Positions 12,723-23,885 are shown, numbered from the stretch's first letter. The stretch is DNA of 37,903 bases from Tubiluchus corallicola (GCA_030141605.1 JAQGDQ010000220.1:1-37903); one strand, 5' to 3'. The notes: generated from the letters alone by a model not told the origin. Made by a program: numbers and translations.

Positions 12723-12780
<58 letters not shown>

Positions 12781-12874
12781 CTCTCTCTCTTCCCCCTCTC
12801 TCTCCCACTCTCTCTGTCTTTCTCTTCCCTCTCTCTCTCTTCCCCTCTCTCTCCCACTCTCTCTGTCTTTCTCT

Positions 12875-12916
<42 letters not shown>

Positions 12917-12929
12917 CTCTCTTCTCTCT

Positions 12930-12973
<44 letters not shown>

Positions 12974-12989
12974 CTCTCTCCTCTCTCTC

Positions 12990-13053
<64 letters not shown>

Positions 13054-13068
13054 CCTCCCTCCCTCCCT

Positions 13069-13111
<43 letters not shown>
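12719..13111. repeat. Imperfect (CT)n/(GA)n microsatellite, ~390 bp
   Basis: Directly visible; preceded by short (CA)n and (TA)n tracts at ~12615-12670. Confidence 0.97.
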
Positions 13112-13189
13112 ACTTCCACAAAGAATAGAAGACACTCACATATACTAAATTTACATCCCACACCAGGAATACTTCAAACACAAACACTA

Positions 13190-13285
<96 letters not shown>

Positions 13286-13319
13286 TTAAATGCCATAATT
13301 AAAGTTGAAATCCTCTACC

Positions 13320-13449
13320 TTACACACAACAGATGGCATTAGTATACACATATTATACGTTAATGCATTGTTTGATCTGTTTAACTTTACACACAACAGA
13401 TGGCATTAGTACACACATATTATACGTTAATGCATTCTTTGATCTGTTT
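13320..13449. repeat. Two-copy tandem duplication, 67-bp period
   Basis: TTACACACAACAGATGGCATTAGTA...TTGATCTGTTT at 13320 and 13387. Confidence 0.85.
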
Positions 13450-14562
13450 TCTTGTGGGACACTATTTATTGTTTTCTTGCAATACACGATGTTCTTCAAG
13501 ATTTTTAAACAAACAATGGTCCCACAATATAATACGTAATACGAAAACAAAATGTAAGAAGTGTGATTTCTATTTATACAACTTTTCATCAACTGATACA
13601 ATTCGACATGAGGCTTTGCTTGATATATTATCAGCTACATGGAAAAAGGGTCACATATATTACTGCATATTCTATTGTAACTGCATCAAAAAAAAATTGT
13701 ACATATGTATGCTGCATGAGAACGTATGTATACACTATATTTACAATTGAGTGGTTTGGCCCCACCATGTTAAAAACCAACTGTTACTTACTACAAACCT
13801 CTTGAAGCAGATTGAAAATTGTGAAAACAGACAAAGGCAAAGCTTGCTGACCACTGGTCAACAACAAATAACAACGGACAGAGTGGTGAAGTATTCTTAT
13901 TTTGAGAAATGTTTTCAGACAAACGGGAGAATTTGGTAGCTGTAAATCTAAATGAAATCAACTTCGTGCTTGAGTCATAAGTCACTTATTTCACATGACA
14001 CATTTACAATAGTTTCATGTACAATATCTAGTGAAAGGGCCTACAATAAACGTAATACAAAACAGAAATACTGCACAGGAAAAGCCTCAAACACTGTTCA
14101 CTTATATACGAAGGTAAATGTGTTGCGGGTAATCAGAAAGCAGGGCTTATTAGATTGTCCCACACAGTATGTAGGTTTCTTCCATGGATGTTTGCGAACA
14201 GACAAAAGAACTGACAAACCTGTCAATAATATGGCACAGGTAGGTGTCATGTTTCTAGTATAAATTACCACTTATTTAGTTTATCAATAGCTAAACTATG
14301 ACAATGAAGTGCAAAGTAGAGACGATGGAAGATGAAATATTTGTTTATGTGCACAGCTTCATTATTAATAATGAGAATTGCAAATGTATCAATTACAAAA
14401 GTTAATACTAGGTAAACAAGTAAGTACTTACTTACTAGGTAAACTAGACAGTTCATATGCAACTATGCAAAGGATACTGTGAAACAGCTGCATAATGCAA
14501 TAAGCATAATGCTAAACGAGTTTAACTATTGAAAAATAGCTTTCGTGAATATAGAAACTTGT

Positions 14563-15322
14563 AAAAAGGTAGTGAATTTGATGATACGGCGATGCTTTTC
14601 TACTGATAAAGAGACTCCATAATTTCAGAAGTGAACATCCATATGGGAAATAGTAAAAAGGCAGTGAAATTGATGGTACAGCAATCGATGGTTTTCTACT
14701 GATAAAGAAACTCCATAATTTCAGAAGTGAACATCGGCATGGGAAATAGTAAAAAGGCAGTGAATTTGATGATACAGCAATCGATGGTTTTCTACTGATA
14801 AAGAAACTCCATAATTTCAGAAGTGAACATCGACACGGGAAATAGTAAAAAGGCAGTGAATTTGATGATGCAGCAATTGATACTTTTCTACTGATAAAGA
14901 GACTCCATAAATTCAGAAGTGAACATCCATATGGGAAATAGTAAAAAGGCAGTGAAATTGATGGTACAGTAATCGATGCTTTTCTACTGATAAAGACACT
15001 CCATAATTTCAGAAGTGAACATCCATATGGGAAATAGTAAAAAGGCAGTGAATTTGTTGATACAGCAATCGATGGTTTTCTACTGATAAAGACACTCCAT
15101 AATTTCAGAAGTGAACATCCATATGGGAAATAGTAAAAGGGCAGTGAAATTGATGATACAGTAATCGATGCTTTTCTACTGATAAAGACACTCCATAATT
15201 TCAGAAGTGAACATCGATATGGGAAATAGTAAAAAGGCAGTGAATTTGATGATACAGTAATCGATGCTTTTCTACTGATAAACAGACTCCATAATTTCAG
15301 AAGTGAACATCGACACGGGAAA
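14563..15322. repeat. 96-bp minisatellite, 8 copies
   Basis: AA(T/A)TTCAG recurs at 14621, 14717, 14813, 14909, 15005, 15101, 15197 and 15293. Confidence 0.95.
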
Positions 15323-15571
15323 CAGAATGAATAACTTTTCGTTCACGAATGGTTCTCTCAAAGCTGACTATGCCTGGTTCACACGTGAATACAGTCAACA
15401 CCGGCAGAATGAATAACTTTTCGTACATGAATGGTTCTCTCAAAGCTGACTATGCCTGGTTCACACATGAATACAGTCAACACCGGCAGAATGAATAACT
15501 TTTCGTACATGAATGGTTCTCTCAAAGCTGACTATGCCTGGTTCACACATGAACACGGTCAGCACCGGCAG
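15323..15571. repeat. 82-bp tandem repeat, 3 copies, spanning the GPCR start codon
   Basis: ATGAATAACTTTTCG at 15327, 15409 and 15491. Confidence 0.95.
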
Positions 15572-16405
15572 TTTGAAATTGGTATTTTAGTGTTCATACT
15601 TATAGCAGCAATATCTGGGAACAGTTTAGTCCTGTTAGCCGTCTACAAAGTTCATTATCTAAAAACAAGAACAAATTACTTAATCGCATCTTTAGCCGTC
15701 ACAGATTTGACAGTTGGAATCGGTTTAGTAGGTGTAATTCTATCCGTTACCTTGACGAATTACCGACTGTTTATTGTGACACGAATGATACAGATTATAC
15801 TGGCATGTGCAAGTATATATCATATCGTTGCTATAACAATTGAGAGATACATAGCAATTATTTACCCTCTGAGATACAATGTAGTCATAACCGAAAGAAC
15901 TGTAAAGTTTATGATCGCAGCTGCTTGGTCGACATCCATCTTACTGGAGCTAACACTGCATACCTTATACCACAGGATGATCGCCAGGAGTTTTACGCTT
16001 AAAGTAGCGGTCGTAATCGTACATGGATTTTCTATGTTATTTGCACCAGCAATAGCTATTGTAGCTATGTATCTTAAGATATGGAAAGGTGTGAAGAGAC
16101 AGAGAAGGATGATTCGCATCAGTAACAACGAGGAATCTTTACCAATGAGAGAACTACGAGCAACGCTTACGCTCTGCATCGTGACGGGTGTGTTTATTGG
16201 CTGTTGGTTGCCAGGAATGATAGACACGCACTACAAAATGCTGATTTCTAGTTTTTGGGGAATGAATAAGTTTCTGGCTGCACTGGGTTTGTTTAACAGC
16301 TGTCTGAATCCTGTTATTTATGCTGCCAGCAATTCCCGGTTCCGGAAAGCTTTCGTGCAAATAATGTCCAGAAAAAATAATGCAAATGTTTGTTTAAGTG
16401 AATGA
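15491..16405 (+). CDS. Class A (rhodopsin-like) orphan GPCR, single coding exon, 304 aa (324 aa if the in-frame ATG at 15431 is used)
   Basis: Seven hydrophobic segments with GN (TM1), LAVTD (TM2), ERY (TM3), W (TM4), P..Y (TM5), CWLP (TM6), NSCLNPVIY (TM7) and FRKAF (helix 8); N-terminal sequons NFS and NGS. Nested antisense in the TMEM50 intron between coding exons 2 and 3. Confidence 0.93.
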   Translation: MNNFSYMNGSLKADYAWFTHEHGQHRQFEIGILVFILIAAISGNSLVLLAVYKVHYLKTRTNYLIASLAVTDLTVGIGLVGVILSVTLTNYRLFIVTRMIQIILACASIYHIVAITIERYIAIIYPLRYNVVITERTVKFMIAAAWSTSILLELTLHTLYHRMIARSFTLKVAVVIVHGFSMLFAPAIAIVAMYLKIWKGVKRQRRMIRISNNEESLPMRELRATLTLCIVTGVFIGCWLPGMIDTHYKMLISSFWGMNKFLAALGLFNSCLNPVIYAASNSRFRKAFVQIMSRKNNANVCLSE

Positions 16406-17052
16406 ACATAATTTGTTAGAGATAATGTTTGTGTAAACAATGTTGCAACACAAGTGCAAATGCTCGCTTAAGTCAGTGAACATACAACTTGTTAGAGATA
16501 ATGTTGTGTAAACACTGCTGCAACACAAGTGCTAATGCTCGCTTAAGTAAGTGAATGTACAACTTGTTAGAGATAATGTTTGTGTAAACACTGTTGCAAC
16601 ACAAGTGCAAATGCTCGCTTAAGTAAGTGAACATACAACTAGTTAGAGATGTTTGTGCAAACAATGTTGCAACACAAGTAGAAATGCTCGCTTAAGACAG
16701 TGAACATACAACTTGTTAGAGATAATGTTTGTGTAAACACTGCTGCAACACAAGTGCTAATGCTCGCTTAAGTAAGTGAACATACAGTTTGTTAGAGATA
16801 ATGTTTGTGCAAACACTGTTGCAACACAAGTACAAATGCTCGCCACTTGAGTCAGTGAACGTACAATTTCTTAGAGATGTTTGTGTAAACACTGTTGCAA
16901 CACAAGTGCAAATGCTCGCCGCTTGAGTCAGTGAACATGCAGTTTCTTAGAGATAATGTTTGTGTAAACACTGTTGCAACACAAGTACAAATGCTCGCTG
17001 CTTGAGTCAGTGAACATGCAGTTTCTTAGAGATAATGTTTGTGTAAACAATG
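16381..17052. repeat. 73-79-bp minisatellite, ~9 copies, starting across the GPCR stop codon
   Basis: (G/C)TTAGAGAT recurs at 16415, 16491, 16566, 16642, 16715, 16791, 16870, 16946 and 17025. Confidence 0.93.
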
Positions 17053-17613
17053 CAGCTTCCTATCGTAGACTGTTTTACAAATTTTTTTTGTTATTTACAT
17101 TCACATATTTTCCTAACAAGCTCATTACTTAAACGCATGCAGCTCATTACTTAAACGCATGCTATTATAACATGAGAGTAACTCCTCATGAAAGAGCAAT
17201 TTCTCATTTCTATTATAACATGAAAGAAACAATGTAAATTCATTCAGTTGCATTCCAGGAGCAAAAATCAATAGTGCTTGGCTACGTTAAAAGGTTCGGT
17301 TATCTTGTAGGAGAAAATGCAATAACATTTGGCTCATAAATTAAACAGTTTATGTGGTTTATTACTTGCAGTTCTACAGCGTTTCTTTAATTAAAATATG
17401 TTACCAGTTTTGTGTTTGTGGCAGCTAAAATGCAAATGAGGTGAATGCTGCGACTAACTAGTAAAAGGAGAGAGTTTTATCAACTGAAACTCTTGTGTTT
17501 TATCAAAAAGAATTTGATCTAAACGTGATAAAAACAATGAATCATCGTGGCCTGCCTATAGCTGCAGCTGATTGTCGTCTGAAGGTTTAGTTGTGCTACA
17601 GTGATCTGGGTTA

Positions 17614-17964
17614 GTAATGAGACGGTGAGAGTAAGGTCCACAAAGATAGAGGTCAGACCCGCTCTAATCTATGGGCTGGAAGCAGCTTCTCTAAGAAAGA
17701 CCGAAGAGAAGAAAATGGGTGTGGTGGAGATGAGGATGTTCAGATGATTGGTGGGAATAACAAGAAGAAATAAAATTAAAAATAATAATATCAGAAGAAC
17801 GGTAAAAGTAGATTGCGATGGTATGGACACCTGAAAAGAAGAGTCGGTGAAGATCATGTGGGAAGGGAAGACATAAATGAAGAGATGGTCAACAACAGGA
17901 AGGCGTGGAGAAGACTCATTCACAACAGCGACCCCGCATAGGGAAAATCTGGGAAGAAGAAGAT
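17614..17964 (+). mobile_element. Internally deleted RTE-derived retroposon, 5'-truncated copy
   Basis: Homologous to 20778-21268 and 7204-7568; (GAA)n tail; TSD AGTG(A/G)TCTGGGTTA at 17600-17613 / 17965-17978. Confidence 0.88.
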
Positions 17965-18164
17965 AGTGGTCTGGGTTAAATGGCGGGCTTCTTCATAGAG
18001 GAGAAGTGCAGTAAATGAGATTTTTGTGTTTAAATGAAGGCAAAAAATCATCATTGAAATGAAACAAGCAAAGTTAAGAGAAAAAACGTGTGAAATCATT
18101 AGCAACGTTAAAACGAAACATCGTTAAGCGGGGAGTCATTAACCAACAACTTATTGTATGGGCA

Positions 18165-18324
18165 TGCAGAGTACAATAGCTATACGACATGCAGTTACTA
18201 AACTTGCAGAGTACAATAGCAATACGACATGCAGTTACTAAACTTGCAGAGTACAATAGCATTACGACATGCAGTTACTAAACTTGCAGAGTACAATAGC
18301 TATACGACAAGCAGTTACTAAACT
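18165..18324. repeat. ~40-bp minisatellite, 4 copies
   Basis: Unit GCAGAGTACAATAGCWATACGACATGCAGTTACTAAACTT. Confidence 0.9.
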
Positions 18325-18673
18325 CTTAGCTTGTTTATAGACACATGTAACAGTAGATATAATTGTTATTTCTGTTACCAGTTACAACAAAAAGGGAAGT
18401 AGTTATAGTTACACGTCAGCTCTAAAAAATCACAACTCATCGCGCATGTACTTCGTTACTCTCATTACTGCTATGTGTAGGGAAATAAATATTATATGTT
18501 TGCTTGTATAGCAAAATCGTCCATAAGTTAGCAATTAAGATTTTCTTGTTATTCACATATCCTGAATCTTCATTTCATGAGGATCATTTTGATTCCAAGT
18601 TCAAAGCTCTATATTATTTCTAAGGTGACATAATCCATGTTGAAGTTGAGGTGCAGGATACACAGTTAGTTAT

Positions 18674-18750
18674 CCATTGTTTTTGTTAGCCATTGTTTTT
18701 GCTAGCCATTGTTTTTGTTAGCCATTGTTTTTGTTAACTATTGTTTTTGT
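18674..18750. repeat. 16-bp tandem repeat, ~5 copies
   Basis: Unit GCCATTGTTTTTGTTA. Confidence 0.85.
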
Positions 18751-19228
18751 CTCATTTCTACAAAATACTTAGCAACCGCACAAATGTAGGCTGCTATAAA
18801 CTTTGCAAGAGCAGATTGGAGTTATGTACAAATCCAGTAGATGGCTCTTCCTGACAAAGAACCGGGTTTGGCAGCAGAAAAAACCGAAAGCAAAACCCTT
18901 GCTTCCACAAGGTACTATCGGAGTTTGAAAACACAAGTTTTTTTACAATTGCATTACTAGTATCTAGCCACACAAGTGGACCTGGAGTTACCGAATTAGA
19001 TTTTTAGTATTTTTTGAACATTTCCTTCATAATTTGATGCTAGAATATAAAAGTACAATACATTTAGCATTTGTTTTTATAAAAAACAAAAAGTTGGCAT
19101 TACAACAAATTTTTGGTATATTCTACTTTGAGGTGCCCATCATAACGTAGTTTTAACTATGCCGACTTACGGACTGTTTTGGTTTGAAAGCACACATATG
19201 TAATCAACATAAAAAGAATTTTTCTTAC

Positions 19229-19338
19229 ATAAATAATGCTAAGGTACCAATCACGCCGCACGTGTAGTAAGTGTTGTTGAATTCTGTATTGTCATAACGG
19301 GCGGCAACGTCGATAATGATCCACCAACCAGTGAAAAA
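19229..19338 (-). CDS. TMEM50: TMEM50 coding exon 2
   Basis: gtttcag acceptor and GTAAGA donor; 110 nt encoding FFTGWWIIIDVAARYDNTEFNNTYYTCGVIGTLALF(M). Confidence 0.96.
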
Positions 19339-19550
19339 CTGAAACACAAAAATGAGGCAATTTCCACATGAAACTGTATAAAGCAGACATTTGAATGTGC
19401 AAGAAACTACACCGTACGATGTTGATCGAGAATCACTCCTCTTTTTAAAAAGTTCCTGCAAATAATTTCTAGAAAGAAATATGGAAATGCTTAAGCAATG
19501 TAGACTGAGAATCATTTGTATTTTTCAAATTCATCAATTCAGAAAACTGC

Positions 19551-20035
19551 AGCCGTTGCCATGTTACCAAATGTTGATTGTATGTTGTTTACTGTGTTAA
19601 CTGGACGAAGCGATGGTTGACCACTTAGATGACAAAGCTGGCAAAGATGCTCAAACATTCCACTTTTGGATACTGTTGCATCAGGGCATTTTTTACTTTT
19701 TTCGACATTAATTGTCTTCCATAGGCCAACTAAATCACTCATAGAGACCATTAATTTTACAGTATCAAATATTTTATTAGTACTTGTTACTAGCCGTTGC
19801 CATGTTACCAAATGTTGATTGTATGTTGTTTACTGTGTTAACTGGACGAAGCGATGGTTGACCACTTAGATGACAAAGTTGGCAACAGATGCTCAAACAT
19901 TCCACTTTTAGATACTGTTGCATCAGGGCATTTTTTACTTTTTTCGATATTAATTGTCTTCCATAGGCCAACTAAATCACTCATAGAGACCATTAATTTT
20001 ACAGTATCAAATATTTTATTAGTACTTGTTACTAG
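19551..20035. repeat. Two-copy tandem duplication, 241-bp period
   Basis: AGCCGTTGCCATGTTACC...GTACTTGTTACT at 19551 and 19792, with a few substitutions and indels. Confidence 0.92.
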
Positions 20036-20775
20036 AGCCTTAAAGCACAAGAAAACCCTTCACTTATGTAAAATTCGTCTTGAAATCTTATGCTACTTAC
20101 ATGCTGTCCTATTGCACACAGGGTTTGCGTTAGCAGTAACGCTGTACAAAACTTGAAAATTTAAACTCCCGCCCACTTCACTAACTAAGCAATATTTTAA
20201 ATTACCCTAGCGTCAATAAGATTAGAAATAGGTTTTTTTGGTTTGTGAGTAGTGCACCCTGGAGGTGAGTCAACGATATTTTATCAAGTGGCGAGAAGAT
20301 GTGAAATTATTCAGAATTTTCTTTTCTAGTTACACAAGTTTTTCAAGCAGGAATGGGAAAGTCTAAGTAACACAACTTTGCATGGAAAGTTTTTTGGGAC
20401 ATAGTTTAACATTGCCTTTGTACGACATGTGCAATGGCGCAGTCGGAGCAGTATCATGGGAGATTTAAAATGAAACCAATAATTATCTTAATGCAAACAT
20501 GATATGCGCAAAAAATTGATATAAAGTCATATACATTCTTAAAGGCGATTTTTCTAAAACCTACTTCAGGTACCCATTTTCCTGTCCTTTAGCATTTTTC
20601 ATTTAACATGTTTTATACGTATCAAAATGTAAACTACATAATAAGATAAAAGAAGTCATGTAGTAGTAAATGTATAGCCACTTGCAGTATGTAAGAGAGA
20701 TGACTAGTGATAGTGTACCAAAGATTTGAAATGATAAATGGTGGAATATACATGGTTATTTAGAATTTTAAAGCC

Positions 20776-20851
20776 AACCTAGCCACTGGGGGGGGGGGGA
20801 CAGTCCAACTCAGTGCCGGTCCCAAGCCTGGAAAAATAGGGAGGGTTAGGG
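20776..20851 (+). ncRNA. Twister ribozyme core (P1-type, 3' cleavage-product form) at the 5' end of an RTE-derived element
   Basis: AA, P2 CCUA/UAGG, GC pseudoknot strand, P3 CACUGGG/CUCAGUG, P4 CCGG/CUGG closing loop UCCCAAGC, AAAAA linker, GAGGG. Order and conserved residues match the twister consensus as recalled; the P1 5' strand is absent. Confidence 0.8.
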
Positions 20852-21268
20852 TCAGGAAGGGCATCCGCCTGTAACAACTGAGCCAAAACCTTCTATGAAT
20901 GAGTCGGTGAGACTTAAAGGGAAAGTCCACAAGGAAGTGGTCAGACCCGCTCTAATCTATGGGCTGGAAGCAACTTCTCTAAAGAAGACCGAAGAGAAGA
21001 AAATGGGTGTGGTGGAGATGAGGATGTTGAGATGGATGGTGGGAATAACAAGGAGATAAAATTAGAAATAATAATATCAGAGGAACAGTAAAAGTAGTGG
21101 AAGCCTCGCAAGATTGCGATGGTATGGACACCTGAAAAGAAGAGTCGGTGAAGATCATGCGGGAAGGGAAGACATAAATGAAGAGATGGTCAACAACAGG
21201 AATGAGTGGAGAAGACTCATTCACAACGGCGACCCCGCATAGGGAAAAGCTGGGAAGAAGAAGAAGAC
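20778..21268 (+). mobile_element. Apparently full-length non-autonomous bipartite RTE-derived retroposon (~490 bp)
   Basis: Perfect 18-bp TSD TTAGAATTTTAAAGCCAA (20760-20777 / 21269-21286). RTE-like 5' UTR (twister plus GGAAGGGCATCCG) is fused to the ORF C-terminal region ([20 protein letters not shown]...EMRMLRW) with deletions; (GAA)n tail. Confidence 0.9.
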
Positions 21269-21869
21269 TTAGAATTTTAAAGCCAAACACAACCGAAGGA
21301 AATTGGAAAAGTTGGACTAAACCTGGATTCGTACCACAAAGCCTTGAGCAATAAAAAACCTAGCAGAATAATACGTATAAAAGAATTTATCTAAAATTTT
21401 CTAATAGTACATACATACTTGCTCTAGGTCCTCATAACATTGATTTTAAATACGTAATGGTTAAATTGTTATTTAAAGATAGTCACGTGTGTCTCTTCTT
21501 TCCCATTATTGAACATTATTTTATTATAACCAACACATTCGTATAACGTTCAATTTTCATTCGTCTTAAATGCAAAATCTGATAATTTTTAATTCCCTGC
21601 TACATGCGCATTAACTAATTAATTATATTGGTAACAATCCTGAGAGGGTGGCTGACCTCGATAACTTATAGTTCTTTCGCCACCCTTTCACCACTAATCA
21701 ATAAATACTTTTGCACTTTGTAATATTATTGTATGTTGAACAGATTTATAAATCTGTTAGTTATGAATTTTGCTATTTCAAAAATAGTGATAAACTAATA
21801 AACTTACTTACTTACATGCTATATTTCACCAAGAGTAATTATGTACCACAAATGAGCAGCCATACTTAC

Positions 21870-21968
21870 CAAAAATCCGGCTGACACGGAGGCTAATGCA
21901 TTTCTCTTCTCAGTCAGATCAAGCCATTCACAACTTGGAAATCTGAAGTTATCTAAACAGCCGGCCAT
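21870..21968 (-). CDS. TMEM50: TMEM50 coding exon 1 (start codon)
   Basis: [33 protein letters not shown] followed by GTAAGT; the EKRN..AS..AG.L motif is conserved. An acceptor (tttttccag) at 22009-22010 implies an upstream non-coding exon. Six exons total 480 nt (159 aa plus stop). Confidence 0.93.
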
Positions 21969-22199
21969 CACGACATAGCTATTGACAGAAGTAGCAGAAG
22001 ACGAAACCCTGGAAAAACTAAAAACATAACAACCAATATTAAAAAAACCATTTAACGACGGTGCCAAATTTATTTGTTTGTTTTTAATTAATTATGACTG
22101 TGACTGCCAGAACTTTTTATTAACTAAGTGGTACCAATCGGCTGTTGTAATTAAATTACTTTTTACTATCGTCATAAGTATTTTGCAACTCCATTTTAT

Positions 22200-23350
22200 T
22201 TGTTTCAGAACATGGCATATCTTGTCAGATTTACAATTTGCCAGTGTATTTTGTAAGCTGTCAATGTCCTTCTACTTGGACTGATGCTAATGTCACTATT
22301 GCTGATGGATAAATTATCAAAAGTGGTATACCTCAGGGAACAATTAGTGGTCCATCCTGTTTTATTTGATATGTAAATGATATTCTTGATTACGTTTTTT
22401 CTAATATAAGAATGTTTGTGGATGCTATTAAACTTTTTGGACAAATCAAGTCTCAGTTTGACTGTGCAATTCTTCAACTTGACCTTGATGCTTGACCTTG
22501 ATGCAATTCTTCAACTTGACCTTGATGCAATTCTTCAACTTGACCTTGATGCTGTTCAAAGATGATCTGATCAGTGGCTTTTGTAGCTGAAGCCTGTTAA
22601 GTACTGAAGCGCAGTTACGTATGAAAAGTCGTGTCACTTATAATTATGCAATTAATGACAAAATAGTTCCTGAAGTTTCTACTTTTCAAGATCTGTGTGT
22701 GATTATGTCTACTGATCTGAAGTTTGGTGATCATATTTCTGAATTAGAACAGAAAACCAAAAGATGCATTGGTATGATTAAGTGAACTGTAATTAGCAGA
22801 GATTCTTCTGTCATTTTGCCTTTATATGAAAGTTTGGTGCATCCTTAATTGGAGTATATTGCAGTTGTATGATCACCACAGTATAGTACGTATATTTAAA
22901 GTATTGAAGTAATTCAAAAGCGCTGTCTTGTCTTCGTTTAGCTCGTGACATTGATTTATCGTTTTTGTCTTCTCTAGAATAGAGACGTAATACTATTGAT
23001 TTGGCATTTGGTTTAGCATAAGATTCTAAATGATCCTACTGTAGTACAGTCAAGACAATTTTATTTCACCTTTTCATCAGCTTCGAAGACATTATAAGAA
23101 ACATTTTTGACCTTGTGTTAGAACCAATACATGAAAACATTTTTTCAGCCACCGAGTAATTAATCCATGGAATCGTTTCCAATTAGTCTCATAGTCATAC
23201 CTTCGAAGAATATTAGTAAATTTAAAAGTACAATAACATAGGCGCGTTCAATGCCATCTAGTCCCTGCTCCATGATTTTAATTACTTAATATTTAAAAAC
23301 TTTTGATGTTAAACTAATTGGAGAAAATAAATATTCTATGTCTATGTCTG
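22200..23350 (+). mobile_element. Decayed CR1/L2-group LINE reverse transcriptase remnant
   Basis: Interrupted translation SGIPQGTISGPSCFI*YVND, MFVDAIK (FADD equivalent), LQLDLDAVQR*SDQWLL, DLKFGDHI, LPLYESLVHP*LEY; many stops and frameshifts; internal 24-bp tandem at ~22465-22551. Boundaries approximate. Confidence 0.85.
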
Positions 23351-23528
23351 GTCACTAAACCATTCAATGAAATAGCAGCATTTGTGCAATAAATTGAATT
23401 GAAAATTGTTAATTTATAGAATTTGAAATGCTTTCACATTCAAATAAATTTATATTATAGTTTATTTCCCAAACGAAGTTTCCAATAATAATAACAATAA
23501 CATCAATCTACTTATATAACTCACACTC

Positions 23529-23885
23529 NNNNNNNNNNNNNNNNNNNNNNNNNNNNNNNNNNNNNNNNNNNNNNNNNNNNNNNNNNNNNNNNNNNNNNNN
23601 NNNNNNNNNNNNNNNNNNNNNNNNNNNNNNNNNNNNNNNNNNNNNNNNNNNNNNNNNNNNNNNNNNNNNNNNNNNNNNNNNNNNNNNNNNNNNNNNNNNN
23701 NNNNNNNNNNNNNNNNNNNNNNNNNNNNNNNNNNNNNNNNNNNNNNNNNNNNNNNNNNNNNNNNNNNNNNNNNNNNNNNNNNNNNNNNNNNNNNNNNNNN
23801 NNNNNNNNNNNNNNNNNNNNNNNNNNNNNNNNNNNNNNNNNNNNNNNNNNNNNNNNNNNNNNNNNNNNNNNNNNNNNNNNNNNNN
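23529..23885. other. Assembly gap (357 N)
   Basis: Run of N. Confidence 1.

Noticed and set aside
12590-13161. ER-repeat ORFs of 151 and 181 aa
   Set aside because: Translations of the (GA)n microsatellite inside a TMEM50 intron.
15862-16360. Antisense ORFs over the GPCR (similarly over the TMEM50, Nav-like and PPxY exons)
   Set aside because: Shadow frames of real coding sequence.
19539-20156. ORFs within the 241-bp duplication
   Set aside because: Frames differ between the copies because of indels; no recognisable motifs or splice structure.
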